A stretch of DNA of 64,000 bases, from assembly GCA_964016885.1 (NCBI GenBank), contig OZ024741.1:398164001-398228000 (forward strand), in the 5' to 3' direction. The notes under the pieces are model-generated. The model saw only the letters and a list, made by a program, of their open reading frames with translations, did not search any database and had not been told where the DNA came from. The position numbers were made by a program, and so were the translations under genes. Source of the stretch: Eledone cirrhosa. Its lineage: Eukaryota. Below, piece by piece: positions 37,201 through 52,200 of the stretch (position 1 is the stretch's first letter; every line of letters starts with the position of its first letter).

Positions 37201-40200
37201 GGTTAATATTACAGAATGACGTTTTGTTTCCTTAGCAATACTGGAACAAAATGATTAATATTACATAATGGCAGTGTGTTTCCTTAGCAATACTGGAACA
37301 AAAGGGTTAATATTACAGAATGGCAGTGTGTCCTTAGCAATACTGGAACAAAAGGGTTAATATTACAGAATGGCAGTGTGTTTCCTTAGCAATACTGGGA
37401 CAAAAGGGTTAATATTACAGAATGGCAGTGTCTTTCCTTAGCAATACTGTAAGAAAAGGGTTAATATTACAGAATGACAGTGTGTTTCCTTAGCAATACT
37501 GGAACAAAAGGGTTAATATTACAGAATGACAGTGTGTCTCCTTAGCAATACTGGAACAAAAGGGTTAATATTACAAAATGACAGTGTGTCTCCTTAGCAA
37601 TACGGAACAGAAGGGTTAATATTACAGAATGACAGTGTGTCTTCTTAGCAATACTGGAACAAAAGGGTTAATATTACAGAATGACAGTGTGTCTTCTTAG
37701 CAATACTGGAACAAAAGGGTTAATATTACAGAATGACAGTGTGTCTCCTTAGCAATACTAGAACAAAAGGGTTAATATTACAGAATGACAGTGTGTTTCC
37801 TTAGCAATACTGGAACAAAAGGGTTAATATTACAGAATGACAGTGTGTCTCCTTAGCAATACTGGAACGAAAGGGTTAATATTACAGAATGACAGTGTGT
37901 CTCCTTAGCAATACTGGAACAAAAGGGTTAATATTACAGAATGACAGTGTGTTTCCTTAGCAATACTGGAACAAAAGGGTTAATATTACAGAATGACAGT
38001 GTGCCTCCTTAGCAATACTGTAACAAAAGGGTTAATATTACAGAATGACAGTGTGTCTCCTTAGCAATACTGGAACAAAAGGGTTAATATTACAGAATGA
38101 CAGTGTGTCTCCTTAGCAATACTGGAACAAAAGGGTTAATATTACAGAATGACAGTGTGTATCCTTAGCAATACTGGAACAAAAGGGTTAATATTGCAGA
38201 ATGGCAGTGTGTTTTTATAGCAATACTAGAACAAAAGGGTTAATATTACAGAATGGCAGTGTGTCTCCTTCGCAATACTGGAACAAAAGGGTTAATATTA
38301 CAGAATAACAGTGTGTCTGCTTAGCAATATGGGAACAAAAGGGTTAATATTACAGAATGACAGTGTGTCTCCTTAGCAATACTGGAACAAAAGGGTTAAT
38401 ATTACAGTATGGCAGTGTGTCTCCTTAGCAATACTGGAACAAAAGGGTTAATATTACAGAATGGCAGTGTGTCTCCTTCGCAATACTGGAACAAAAGGGT
38501 TAATATTACAGAATGACAGTGTGTCTGCTTAGCAATATGGGAACAAAAGGGTTAATATTACAGAATGACAGTGTGTCTCCTTAGCAATACTAGAACAAAA
38601 GGGTTAATATTACAGAATGACAGTGTGTCTCTTTAACAATACTGGAACAAAAGGGTTAATATTACAGAATGACAGTGTGTCTCCTTAGCAATACTGGAAC
38701 AAAAGGGTTGATATTACAGAATGGCAGTGTGTTTCCTTAGCATTACTGGAACAAAAGGGTTAATATTACAGAATGACAGTGTGTTTCCTTAGCAATACTG
38801 GAACAAAAGGGTTAATATTACAGAATGACAGTGTGTCTCCTTAGCAATACTGGAACAAAAGGGTTAATATTACAGAATGACAGTGTGTCTCCTTAGCTAT
38901 ACTGGAACAAAATGGTTAATATTACAGAATGACAGTGTTTCCTTAGCAATACTGGAACAAGGGTTAATATTACAAAATGACAGTGTGTCTCCTGAGCAAT
39001 ACTGGAACAAAAGGGTTAATATTACAGAATGACAGTGTGTTTCCTTAGTAATACTAGAACAAAAGCGTTAATATTACAGAATGACAGTGTGTCTCCTTAG
39101 CAATACTAGAACAAAAGGGTTAATATTACAGAATGGCAGTGTGTCTCCTTAGCAATACTGGAACAAAAGGGTTAATATTACAGAATGACGGTGTGTCTCC
39201 TTAGCAATACTGGAACAAAAGGGTTAATATTACAGAATGATAGTGTGTCTCCTTAGCAATACTGGAACAAAAGGGTTAATATTACAGAATGACAGTGTGT
39301 CTCCTTAGCAATACTGTAACAAAAGGGTTAATATTACAGAATGACAGTGTGTCTCCTTAGCAATACTGGAACAAAAGGGTTAATATTACAGAATGACAGT
39401 GTGTCTCCTTAGCAATACTGGAACAAAAGGGTTAATATTACAGAATGGCAGTGTGTCTCCTTAGCAATACTGGAACAAAAGGGTTAATATTACAGAATGA
39501 CAGTGTGTCTCCTTAGCAAAACTAGAACAAAAGGGTTAATATTACAGAATGGCAGTGTGTCTCCTTAGCAATACTGGAACAAAAGGGTTAATATTACAGA
39601 ATGTCAGTGTGTCTCCTTAGCAATACTGGAACAAAAGGGTTAATATTACAGAATGGCAGTGTGTTTTTATAGCAATACTAGAACAAAAGGGTTAATATTA
39701 CAGAATGGCAGTGTGTCTCCTTCGCAATACTGGAACAAAAGGGTTAATATTACAGAATGGCAGTGTGTCTCCTTAGCAATACTGGAACAAAAGGGTTAAT
39801 ATCACAGAATGACAGTGTGTCTCCTTAGCAATACTAGAACAAAAGGGTTAATATTACAGAATGACAGTGTGTCTCTTTAACAATGCTGGAACAAAAGGGT
39901 TAATATTACAGAATGACAGTGTGTCTCCTTAGCAATACTAGAACAAAAGGGTTAATATTACAGAATGTCAGTGTGTCTCCTTAGCAATACTGGAACAAAA
40001 GGGTTAATATTACAGAATGGCAGTGTGTTTTTATAGCAATACTAGAACAAAAGGGTTAATATTACAGAATGGCAGTGTGTCTCCTTCGCAATACTGGAAC
40101 AAAAGGGTTAATATTACAGAATGACAGTGTGTCTGCTTAGCAATATGGGAACAAAAGGGTTAATATTACAGAATGAAAAAGTGTCTCCTTAGCAATACTG

Positions 40201-43200
40201 GAATAAAAGGGTTAATATTAGAGAATGGCAGTGTGTTTTTATAGCAATACTAGAACAAAAGGGTTAATATTACAGAATGGCAGTGTGTTTTTATAGCAAT
40301 ACTAGAACAAAAGGGTTAATATTACAGAATGGCAGTGTGTCTCCTTAGCAATACTGGAACAAAAGGGTTAATATTACAGAATGTCAGTGTGTCTCCTTAG
40401 CAATACTGGAACAAAAGGGTTAATATTACAGAATGGCAGTGTGTTTTTATAGCAATACTAGAACAAAAGGGTTAATATTACAGAATGGCAGTGTGTCTCC
40501 TTCGCAATACTGGAACAAAAGGGTTAATATTACAGAATGACAGTGTGTCTGCTTAGCAATATGGGAACAAAAGGGTTAATATTACAGAATGACAGTGTGT
40601 CTCCTTAGCAATACTAGAACAAAAGGGTTAATATTACAGAATGACAGTGTGTCTCCTTAGCAATACTGGAACAAAAGGGTTGATATTACAGAATGACAGT
40701 GTGTCTCCTTAGCAATACTAGAACAAAAGGGTTAATATTACAGAATGACAGTGTGTCTATTTAACAATACTGGAACAAAAGGGTTAATATTACAGAATGA
40801 CAGTGTGTCTCCTTAGCAATACTAGAACAAAAGGGTTAATATTACAGAATGGCAGTGTGTCTCCTTAGCAATACTGGAACAAAAGGGTTAATATTACAGA
40901 ATGGCAGTGTGTTTTTATAGCAATACTAGAACAAAAGGGTTAATATTACAGAATGTCAGTGTGTCTCCTTAGCAATACTGGAACAAAAGGGTTAATATTA
41001 CAGATTGGCAGTGTGTCTCCTTAGCAATACTGGAACAAAAGGGTTAATATTACAGAATGACAGTGTGTCTCCTTAGCAATACTGGAACAAAAGGGTTAAT
41101 ATTACAGAATGACGTTTTGTTTCCTTAGCAATACTGGAACAAAATGATTAATATTACATAATGGCAGTGTGTTTCCTTAGCAATACTGGAACAAAAGGGT
41201 TAATATTACAGAATGGCAGTGTGTCCTTAGCAATACTGGAACAAAAGGGTTAATATTACAGAATGGCAGTGTGTTTCCTTAGCAATACTGGGACAAAAGG
41301 GTTAATATTACAGAATGGCAGTGTCTTTCCTTAGCAATACTGTAAGAAAAGGGTTAATATTACAGAATGACAGTGTGTTTCCTTAGCAATACTGGAACAA
41401 AAGGGTTAATATTACAGAATGACAGTGTGTCTCCTTAGCAATACGGAACAGAAGGGTTAATATTACAGAATGACAGTGTGTCTTCTTAGCAATACTGGAA
41501 CAAAAGGGTTAATATTACAGAATGACAGTGTGTCTTCTTAGCAATACTGGAACAAAAGGGTTAATATTACAGAATGACAGTGTGTCTCCTTAGCAATACT
41601 AGAACAAAAGGGTTAATATTACAGAATGACAGTGTGTTTCCTTAGCAATACTGGAACAAAAGGGTTAATATTACAGAATGACAGTGTGTCTCCTTAGCAA
41701 TACTGGAACGAAAGGGTTAATATTACAGAATGACAGTGTGTCTTCTTAGCAATACTGGAACAAAAGGGTTAATATTACAGAATGACAGTGTGTTTCCTTA
41801 GCAATACTGGAACAAAAGGGTTAATATTACAGAATGACAGTGTGCCTCCTTAGCAATACTGTAACAAAAGGGTTAATATTACAGAATGACAGTGTGTCTC
41901 CTTAGCAATACTGGAACAAAAGGGTTAATATTACAGAATGACAGTGTGTCTCCTTAGCAATACTGGAACAAAAGGGTTAATATTACAGAATGACAGTGTG
42001 TATCCTTAGCAATACTGGAACAAAAGGGTTAATATTACAGAATGGCAGTGTGTTTTTATAGCAATACTAGAACAAAAGGGTTAATATTACAGAATGGCAG
42101 TGTGTCTCCTTCGCAATACTGGAACAAAAGGGTTAATATTACAGAATAACAGTGTGTCTGCTTAGCAATATGGGAACAAAAGGGTTAATATTACAGAATG
42201 ACAGTGTGTCTCCTTAGCAATACTGGAACAAAAGGGTTAATATTACAGTATGGCAGTGTGTCTCCTTAGCAATACTGGAACAAAAGGGTTAATATTACAG
42301 AATGGCAGTGTGTCTCCTTCGCAATACTGGAACAAAAGGGTTAATATTACAGAATGACAGTGTGTCTGCTTAGCAATATGGGAACAAAAGGGTTAATATT
42401 ACAGAATGACAGTGTGTCTCCTTAGCAATACTAGAACAAAAGGGTTAATATTACAGAATGACAGTGTGTCTCTTTAACAATACTGGAACAAAAGGGTTAA
42501 TATTACAGAATGACAGTGTGTCTCCTTAGCAATACTGGAACAAAAGGGTTGATATTACAGAATGGCAGTGTGTTTCCTTAGCATTACTGGAACAAAAGGG
42601 TTAATATTACAGAATGACAGTGTGTCTCCTTAGCTATACTGGAACAAAAGGGTTAATATTACAGAATGACAGTGTTTCCTTAGCAATACTGGAACAAGGG
42701 TTAATATTACAAAATGACAGTGTGTCTCCTGAGCAATACTGGAACAAAAGGGTTAATATTACAGAATGACAGTGCGTTTCCTTAGTAATACTAGAACAAA
42801 AGCGTTAATATTACAGAATGACAGTGTGTCTCCTTAGCAATACTAGAACAAAAGGGTTAATATTACAGAATGGCAGTGTGTCTCCTTAGCAATACTGGAA
42901 CAAAAGGGTTAATATTACAGAATGACGGTGTGTCTCCTTAGCAATACTGGAACAAAAGGGTTAATATTACAGAATGATAGTGTGTCTCCTTAGCAATACT
43001 GGAACAAAAGGGTTAATATTACAGAATGACAGTGTGTCTCCTTAGCAATACTGTAACAAAAGGGTTAATATTACAGAATGACAGTGTGTCTCCTTAGCAA
43101 TACTGGAACAAAAGGGTTAATATTACAGAATGACAGTGTGTCTCCTTAGCAATACTGGAACAAAAGGGTTAATATTACAGAATGGCAGTGTGTCTCCTTA

Positions 43201-46200
43201 GCAATACTGGAACAAAAGGGTTAATATTACAGAATGACAGTGTGTCTCCTTAGCAAAACTAGAACAAAAGGGTTAATATTACAGAATGGCAGTGTGTCTC
43301 CTTAGCAATACTGGAACAAAAGGGTTAATATTACAGAATGTCAGTGTGTCTCCTTAGCAATACTGGAACAAAAGGGTTAATATTACAGAATGGCAGTGTG
43401 TTTTTATAGCAATACTAGAACAAAAGGGTTAATATTACAGAATGGCAGTGTGTCTCCTTCGCAATACTGGAACAAAAGGGTTAATATTACAGAATGGCAG
43501 TGTGTCTCCTTAGCAATACTGGAACAAAAGGGTTAATATCACAGAATGACAGTGTGTCTCCTTAGCAATACTAGAACAAAAGGGTTAATATTACAGAATG
43601 ACAGTGTGTCTCTTTAACAATGCTGGAACAAAAGGGTTAATATTACAGAATGACAGTGTGTCTCCTTAGCAATACTAGAACAAAAGGGTTAATATTACAG
43701 AATGTCAGTGTGTCTCCTTAGCAATACTGGAACAAAAGGGTTAATATTACAGAATGGCAGTGTGTTTTTATAGCAATACTAGAACAAAAGGGTTAATATT
43801 ACAGAATGGCAGTGTGTCTCCTTCGCAATACTGGAACAAAAGGGTTAATATTACAGAATGACAGTGTGTCTGCTTAGCAATATGGGAACAAAAGGGTTAA
43901 TATTACAGAATGAAAAAGTGTCTCCTTAGCAATACTGGAATAAAAGGGTTAATATTAGAGAATGGCAGTGTGTTTTTATAGCAATACTAGAACAAAAGGG
44001 TTAATATTACAGAATGGCAGTGTGTTTTTATAGCAATACTAGAACAAAAGGGTTAATATTACAGAATGGCAGTGTGTCTCCTTCGCAATACTGGAACAAA
44101 AGGGTTAATATTACAGAATGACAGTATGTCTCCTTAGCAATACTGGAACAAAAGTGTTAATATTACAGAATGACAGTGTGTCTCCTTAGCAATACTAGAA
44201 CAAAAGGGTTAATATTACAGAATGACAGTGTGTCTCTTTAACAATACTGGAACAAAAGGGTTAATATTACAGAATGACAGTGTGTCTCCTTAGCAATACT
44301 GGAACAAAAGGGTTGATATTACAGAATGGCAGTGTGTTTCCTTAGCATTACTGGAACAAAAGGGTTAATATTACAGAATGACAGTGTGTCTCCTTAGCAA
44401 TACTGGAACAAAAGGGTTAATATTACAGAATGGCAGTGTGTCTCCTTAGCAATACTGGAACAAAAGGGTTAATATTACAGAATGGCAGTGTCTTTTTATA
44501 GCAATACTAGAACAAAAGGGTTAATATTACAGAATGGCAGTGTGTCTCCTTCGCAATACTGGAACAAAAGGGTTAATATTCCAGAATGACAGTGTGTCTG
44601 CTTAGCAATATGGGAACAAAAGGGTTAATATTACAGAATGACAGTGTGTCTCCTTAGCAATACTGGAACAAAAGGGTTAATATTACAGAATGACAGTGTG
44701 TCTATTTAACAATACTGGAACAAAAGGGTTAATATTACAGAATGACAGTGTGTCTCCTTAGCAATACTAGAACAAAAGGGTTAATATTACAGAATGGCAG
44801 TGTGTCTCCTTAGCAATACTGGAACAAAAGGGTTAATATTACAGAATGTCAGTGTGTCTCCTTAGCAATACTGGAACAAAAGGGTTAATATTACAGAATG
44901 GCAGTGTGTTTTTATAGCAATACTAGAACAAAAGGGTTAATATTACAGAATGGCAGTGTGTCTCCTTCGCAATACTGGAACAAAAGGGTTAATATTACAG
45001 AATGACAGTGTGTCTGCTTAGCAATATGGGAACAAAAGGGTTAATATTACAGAATGACAGTGTGTCTCCTTAGCAATACTAGAACAAAAGGGTTAATATT
45101 ACAGAATGACAGTGTGTCTCCTTAGCAATACTGGAACAAAAGGGTTGATATTACAGAATGACAGTGTGTCTCCTTAGCAATACTAGAACAAAAGGGTTAA
45201 TATTACAGAATGACAGTGTGTCTATTTAACAATACTGGAACAAAAGGGTTAATATTACAGAATGACAGTGTGTCTCCTTAGCAATACTAGAACAAAAGGG
45301 TTAATATTACAGAATGGCAGTGTGTCTCCTTAGCAATACTGGAACAAAAGGGTTAATATTACAGAATGGCAGTGTGTTTTTATAGCAATACTAGAACAAA
45401 AGGGTTAATATTACAGAATGTCAGTGTGTCTCCTTAGCAATACTGGAACAAAAGGGTTAATATTACAGATTGGCAGTGTGTCTCCTTAGCAATACTGGAA
45501 CAAAAGGGTTAATATTACAGAATGACAGTGTGTCTCCTTAGCAATACTGGAACAAAAGGGTTAATATTACAGAATGACGTTTTGTTTCCTTAGCAATACT
45601 GGAACAAAATGATTAATATTACATAATGGCAGTGTGTTTCCTTAGCAATACTGGAACAAAAGGGTTAATATTACAGAATGGCAGTGTGTCCTTAGCAATA
45701 CTGGAACAAAAGGGTTAATATTACAGAATGGCAGTGTGTTTCCTTAGCAATACTGGGACAAAAGGGTTAATATTACAGAATGGCAGTGTCTTTCCTTAGC
45801 AATACTGTAAGAAAAGGGTTAATATTACAGAATGACAGTGTGTTTCCTTAGCAATACTGGAACAAAAGGGTTAATATTACAGAATGACAGTGTGTCTCCT
45901 TAGCAATACTGGAACGAAAGGGTTAATATTACAGAATGACAGTGTGTCTCCTTAGCAATACTGGAACAAAAGGGTTAATATTACAGAATGACAGTGTGTC
46001 TCCTTAGCAATACTGGAACAAAAGGGTTAATATTACAAAATGACAGTGTGTCTCCTTAGCAATACGGAACAGAAGGGTTAATATTACAGAATGACAGTGT
46101 GTCTTCTTAGCAATACTGGAACAAAAGGGTTAATATTACAGAATGACAGTGTGTCTTCTTAGCAATACTGGAACAAAAGGGTTAATATTACAGAATGACA

Positions 46201-49200
46201 GTGTGTCTCCTTAGCAATACTAGAACAAAAGGGTTAATATTACAGAATGACAGTGTGTTTCCTTAGCAATACTGGAACAAAAGGGTTAATATTACAGAAT
46301 GACAGTGTGTCTCCTTAGCAATACTGGAACGAAAGGGTTAATATTACAGAATGACAGTGTGTCTCCTTAGCAATACTGGAACAAAAGGGTTAATATTACA
46401 GAATGACAGTGTGTTTCCTTAGCAATACTGGAACAAAAGGGTTAATATTACAGAATGACAGTGTGCCTCCTTAGCAATACTGTAACAAAAGGGTTAATAT
46501 TACAGAATGACAGTGTGTCTCCTTAGCAATACTGGAACAAAAGGGTTAATATTACAGAATGACAGTGTGTCTCCTTAGCAATACTGGAACAAAAGGGTTA
46601 ATATTACAGAATGACAGTGTGTATCCTTAGCAATACTGGAACAAAAGGGTTAATATTACAGAATGGCAGTGTGTTTTTATAGCAATACTAGAACAAAAGG
46701 GTTAATATTACAGAATGGCAGTGTGTCTCCTTCGCAATACTGGAACAAAAGGGTTAATATTACAGAATAACAGTGTGTCTGCTTAGCAATATGGGAACAA
46801 AAGGGTTAATATTACAGAATGACAGTGTGTCTCCTTAGCAATACTGGAACAAAAGGGTTAATATTACAGTATGGCAGTGTGTCTCCTTAGCAATACTGGA
46901 ACAAAAGGGTTAATATTACAGAATGGCAGTGTGTCTCCTTCGCAATACTGGAACAAAAGGGTTAATATTACAGAATGACAGTGTGTCTGCTTAGCAATAT
47001 GGGAACAAAAGGGTTAATATTACAGAATGACAGTGTGTCTCCTTAGCAATACTAGAACAAAAGGGTTAATATTACAGAATGACAGTGTGTCTCTTTAACA
47101 ATACTGGAACAAAAGGGTTAATATTACAGAATGACAGTGTGTCTCCTTAGCAATACTGGAACAAAAGGGTTGATATTACAGAATGGCAGTGTGTTTCCTT
47201 AGCATTACTGGAACAAAAGGGTTAATATTACAGAATGACAGTGTGTTTCCTTAGCAATACTGGAAGAAAAGGGTTAATATTACAGAATGACAGTGTGTCT
47301 CCTTAGCAATACTGGAACAAAAGGGTTAATATTACAGAATGACAGTGTGTCTCCTTAGCTATACTGGAACAAAAGGGTTAATATTACAGAATGACAGTGT
47401 TTCCTTAGCAATACTGGAACAAGGGTTAATATTACAAAATGACAGTGTGTCTCCTTAGCAATACTGGAACAAAAGGGTTAATATTACAGAATGACAGTGT
47501 GTTTCCTTAGTAATACTAGAACAAAAGCGTTAATATTACAGAATGACAGTGTGTCTCCTTAGCAATACTAGAACAAAAGGGTTAATATTACAGAATGGCA
47601 GTGTGTCTCCTTAGCAATACTGGAACAAAAGGGTTAATATTACAGAATGACGGTGTGTCTCCTTAGCAATACTGGAACAAAAGGGTTAATATTACAGAAT
47701 GATAGTGTGTCTCCTTAGCAATACTGGAACAAAAGGGTTAATATTACAGAATGACAGTGTGTCTCCTTAGCAATACTGTAACAAAAGGGCCAATATTACA
47801 GAATGACAGTGTGTCTCCTTAGCAATACTGGAACAAAAGGGTTAATATTACAGAATGACAGTGTGTCTCCTTAGCAATACTGGAACAAAAGGGTTAATAT
47901 TACAGAATGGCAGTGTGTCTCCTTAGCAATACTGGAACAAAAGGGTTAATATTACAGAATGACAGTGTGTCTCCTTAGCAAAACTAGAACAAAAGGGTTA
48001 ATATTACAGAATGGCAGTGTGTCTCCTTAGCAATACTGGAACAAAAGGGTTAATATTACAGAATGTCAGTGTGTCTCCTTAGCAATACTGGAACAAAAGG
48101 GTTAATATTACAGAATGGCAGTGTGTTTTTATAGCAATACTAGAACAAAAGGGTTAATATTACAGAATGGCAGTGTGTCTCCTTCGCAATACTGGAACAA
48201 AAGGGTTAATATTACAGAATGGCAGTGTGTCTCCTTAGCAATACTGGAACAAAAGGGTTAATATCACAGAATGACAGTGTGTCTCCTTAGCAATACTAGA
48301 ACAAAAGGGTTAATATTACAGAATGACAGTGTGTCTCTTTAACAATGCTGGAACAAAAGGGTTAATATTACAGAATGACAGTGTGTCTCCTTAGCAATAC
48401 TAGAACAAAAGGGTTAATATTACAGAATGTCAGTGTGTCTCCTTAGCAATACTGGAACAAAAGGGTTAATATTACAGAATGGCAGTGTGTTTTTATAGCA
48501 ATACTAGAACAAAAGGGTTAATATTACAGAATGGCAGTGTGTCTCCTTCGCAATACTGGAACAAAAGGGTTAATATTACAGAATGACAGTGTGTCTGCTT
48601 AGCAATATGGGAACAAAAGGGTTAATATTACAGAATGAAAAAGTGTCTCCTTAGCAATACTGGAATAAAAGGGTTAATATTAGAGAATGGCAGTGTGTTT
48701 TTATAGCAATACTAGAAGAAAAGGGTTAATATTACAGAATGGCAGTGTGTTTTTATAGCAATACTAGAACAAAAGGGTTAATATTACAGAATGGCAGTGT
48801 GTCTCCTTCGCAATACTGGAACAAAAGGGTTAATATTACAGAATGACAGTATGTCTCCTTAGCAATACTGGAACAAAAGTGTTAATATTACAGAATGACA
48901 GTGTGTCTCCTTAGCAATACTAGAACAAAAGGGTTAATATTACAGAATGACAGTGTGTCTCTTTAACAATACTGGAACAAAAGGGTTAATATTACAGAAT
49001 GACAGTGTGTCTCCTTAGCAATACTGGAACAAAAGGGTTGATATTACAGAATGGCAGTGTGTTTCCTTAGCATTACTGGAACAAAAGGGTTAATATTACA
49101 GAATGACAGTGTGTCTCCTTAGCAATACTGGAACAAAAGGGTTAATATTACAGAATGGCAGTGTGTCTCCTTAGCAATACTGGAACAAAAGGGTTAATAT

Positions 49201-52200
49201 TACAGAATGGCAGTGTCTTTTTATAGCAATACTAGAACAAAAGGGTTAATATTACAGAATGGCAGTGTGTCTCCTTCGCAATACTGGAACAAAAGGGTTA
49301 ATATTCCAGAATGACAGTGTGTCTGCTTAGCAATATGGGAACAAAAGGGTTAATATTACAGAATGACAGTGTGTCTCCTTAGCAATACTGGAACAAAAGG
49401 GTTAATATTACAGAATGACAGTGTGTCTCTTTAACAATACTGGAACAAAAGGGTTAATATTACAGAATGACAGTGTGTCTCTTTAACAATACTGGAACAA
49501 AAGGGTTAATATTACAGAATGACAGTGTGCCTCCTTAGCAATACTGTAACAAAAGGGTTAATATTACAGAATGACAGTGTGTCTCCTTAGCAATACTGGA
49601 ACAAAAGGGTTAATATTACAGAATGACAGTGTGTCTCCTTAGCAATACTGGAACGAAAGGGTTAATATTAGAGAATGGCAGTGTGTATCCTTAGCAATAC
49701 TGGAAGAAAAGGGTTAATATTACAGAATGGCAGTGTGTTTTTATAGCAATACTAGAACAAAAGGGTTAATATTACAGAATGGCAGTGTGTCTCCTTCGCA
49801 ATACTGGAACAAAAGGGTTAATATTACAGAATGACAGTGTGTCTGCTTAGCAATATGGGAACAAAAGGGTTAATATTACAGAATGACAGTGTGTCTCCTT
49901 AGCAATACTGGAACAAAAGGGTTAATATTACAGTATGGCAGTGTGTCTCCTTAGCAATACTGGAACAAAAGGGTTAATATTACAGAATGGCAGTGTGTCT
50001 CCTTCGCAATACTGGAACAAAAGGGTTAATATTACAGAATGACAGTGTGTCTGCTTAGCAATATGGGAACAAAAGGGTTAATATTACAGAATGACAGTGT
50101 GTCTCCTTAGCAATACTAGAACAAAAGGGTTAATATTACAGAATGACAGTGTGTCTCTTTAACAATACTGGAACAAAAGGGTTAATATTACAGAATGACA
50201 GTGTGTCTCCTTAGCAATACTGGAACAAAAGGGTTGATATTACAGAATGGCAGTGTGTTTCCTTAGCATTACTGGAACAAAAGGGTTAATATTACAGAAT
50301 GACAGTGTGTTTCCTTAGCAATACTGGAACAAAAGGGTTAATATTACAGAATGACAGTGTGTCTCCTTAGCAACACTGGAACAAAAGGGTTAATATTACA
50401 GAATGACAGTGTGTCTCCTTAGCTATACTGGAACAAAAGGGTTAATATTACAGAATGACAGTGTTTCCTTAGCAATACTGGAAAAAAAGGGTTAATATTA
50501 CAAAATGACAGTGTGTCTCCTTAGCAATACTGGAACAAAAGGGTTAATATTACAGAATGACAGTGTGTTTCCTTAGTAATACTAGAACAAAAGCGTTAAT
50601 ATTACAGAATGACAGTGTGTCTCCTTAGCAATACTAGAACAAAAGGGTTAATATTACAGAATGGCAGTGTGTCTCCTTAGCAATACTGGAACAAAAGGGT
50701 TAATATTACAGAATGACGGTGTGTCTCCTTAGCAATACTGGAACAAAAGGGTTAATATTACAGAATGATAGTGTGTCTCCTTAGCAATACTGGAACAAAA
50801 GGGTTAATATTACAGAATGACAGTGTGTCTCCTTAGCAATACTGTAACAAAAGGGTTAATATTACAGAATGACAGTGTGTCTCCTTAGCAATACTGGAAC
50901 AAAAGGGTTAATATTACAGAATGACAGTGTGTCTCCTTAGCAATACTGGAACAAAAGGGTTAATATTACAGAATGGCAGTGTGTCTCCTTAGCAATACTG
51001 GAACAAAAGGGTTAATATTACAGAATGACAGTGTGTCTCCTTAGCAAAACTAGAACAAAAGGGTTAATATTACAGAATGGCAGTGTGTCTCCTTAGCAAT
51101 ACTGGAACAAAAGGGTTAATATTACAGAATGTCAGTGTGTCTCCTTAGCAATACTGGAACAAAAGGGTTAATATTACAGAATGGCAGTGTGTTTTTATAG
51201 CAATACTAGAACAAAAGGGTTAATATTACAGAATGGCAGTGTGTCTCCTTCGCAATACTGGAACAAAAGGGTTAATATTACAGAATGGCAGTGTGTCTCC
51301 TTAGCAATACTGGAACAAAAGGGTTAATATCACAGAATGACAGTGTGTCTCCTTAGCAATACTAGAACAAAAGGGTTAATATTACAGAATGACAGTGGGT
51401 CTCTTTAACAATACTGGAACAAAAGGGTTAATATTACAGAATGACAGTGTGTCTCCTTAGCAATACTAGAACAAAAGGGTTAATATTATAGAATGGCAGT
51501 GTGTCTCCTTAGCAATACTGGAACAAAAGGGTTAATATTACAGAATGTCAGTGTGTCTCCTTAGCAATACTGGAACAAAAGGGTTAATATTACAGAATGG
51601 CAGTGTGTTTTTATAGCAATACTAGAACAAAAGGGTTAATATTACAGAATGGCAGTGTGTCTCCTTCGCAATACTGGAACAAAAGGGTTAATATTACAGA
51701 ATGACAGTGTGTCTGCTTAGCAATATGGGAACAAAAGGGTTAATATTACAGAATGAAAAAGTGTCTCCTTAGCAATACTGGGACAAAAGGGTTAATATTA
51801 CAGAATGGCAGTGTCTTTCCTTAGCAATACTGTAAGAAAAGGGTTAATATTACAGAATGACAGTGTGTTTCCTTAGCAATACTGGAACAAAAGGGTTAAT
51901 ATTACAGAATGACAGTGTGTCTCCTTAGCAATACTGGAACGAAAGGGTTAATATTACAGAATGACAGTGTGTCTCCTTAGCAATACTGGAACAAAAGGGT
52001 TAATATTACAGAATGACAGTGTGTCTCCTTAGCAATACTGGAACAAAAGGGTTAATATTACAAAATGACAGTGTGTCTCCTTAGCAATACGGAACAGAAG
52101 GGTTAATATTACAGAATGACAGTGTGTCTTCTTAGCAATACTGGAACAAAAGGGTTAATATTACAGAATGACAGTGTGTCTTCTTAGCAATACTGGAACA

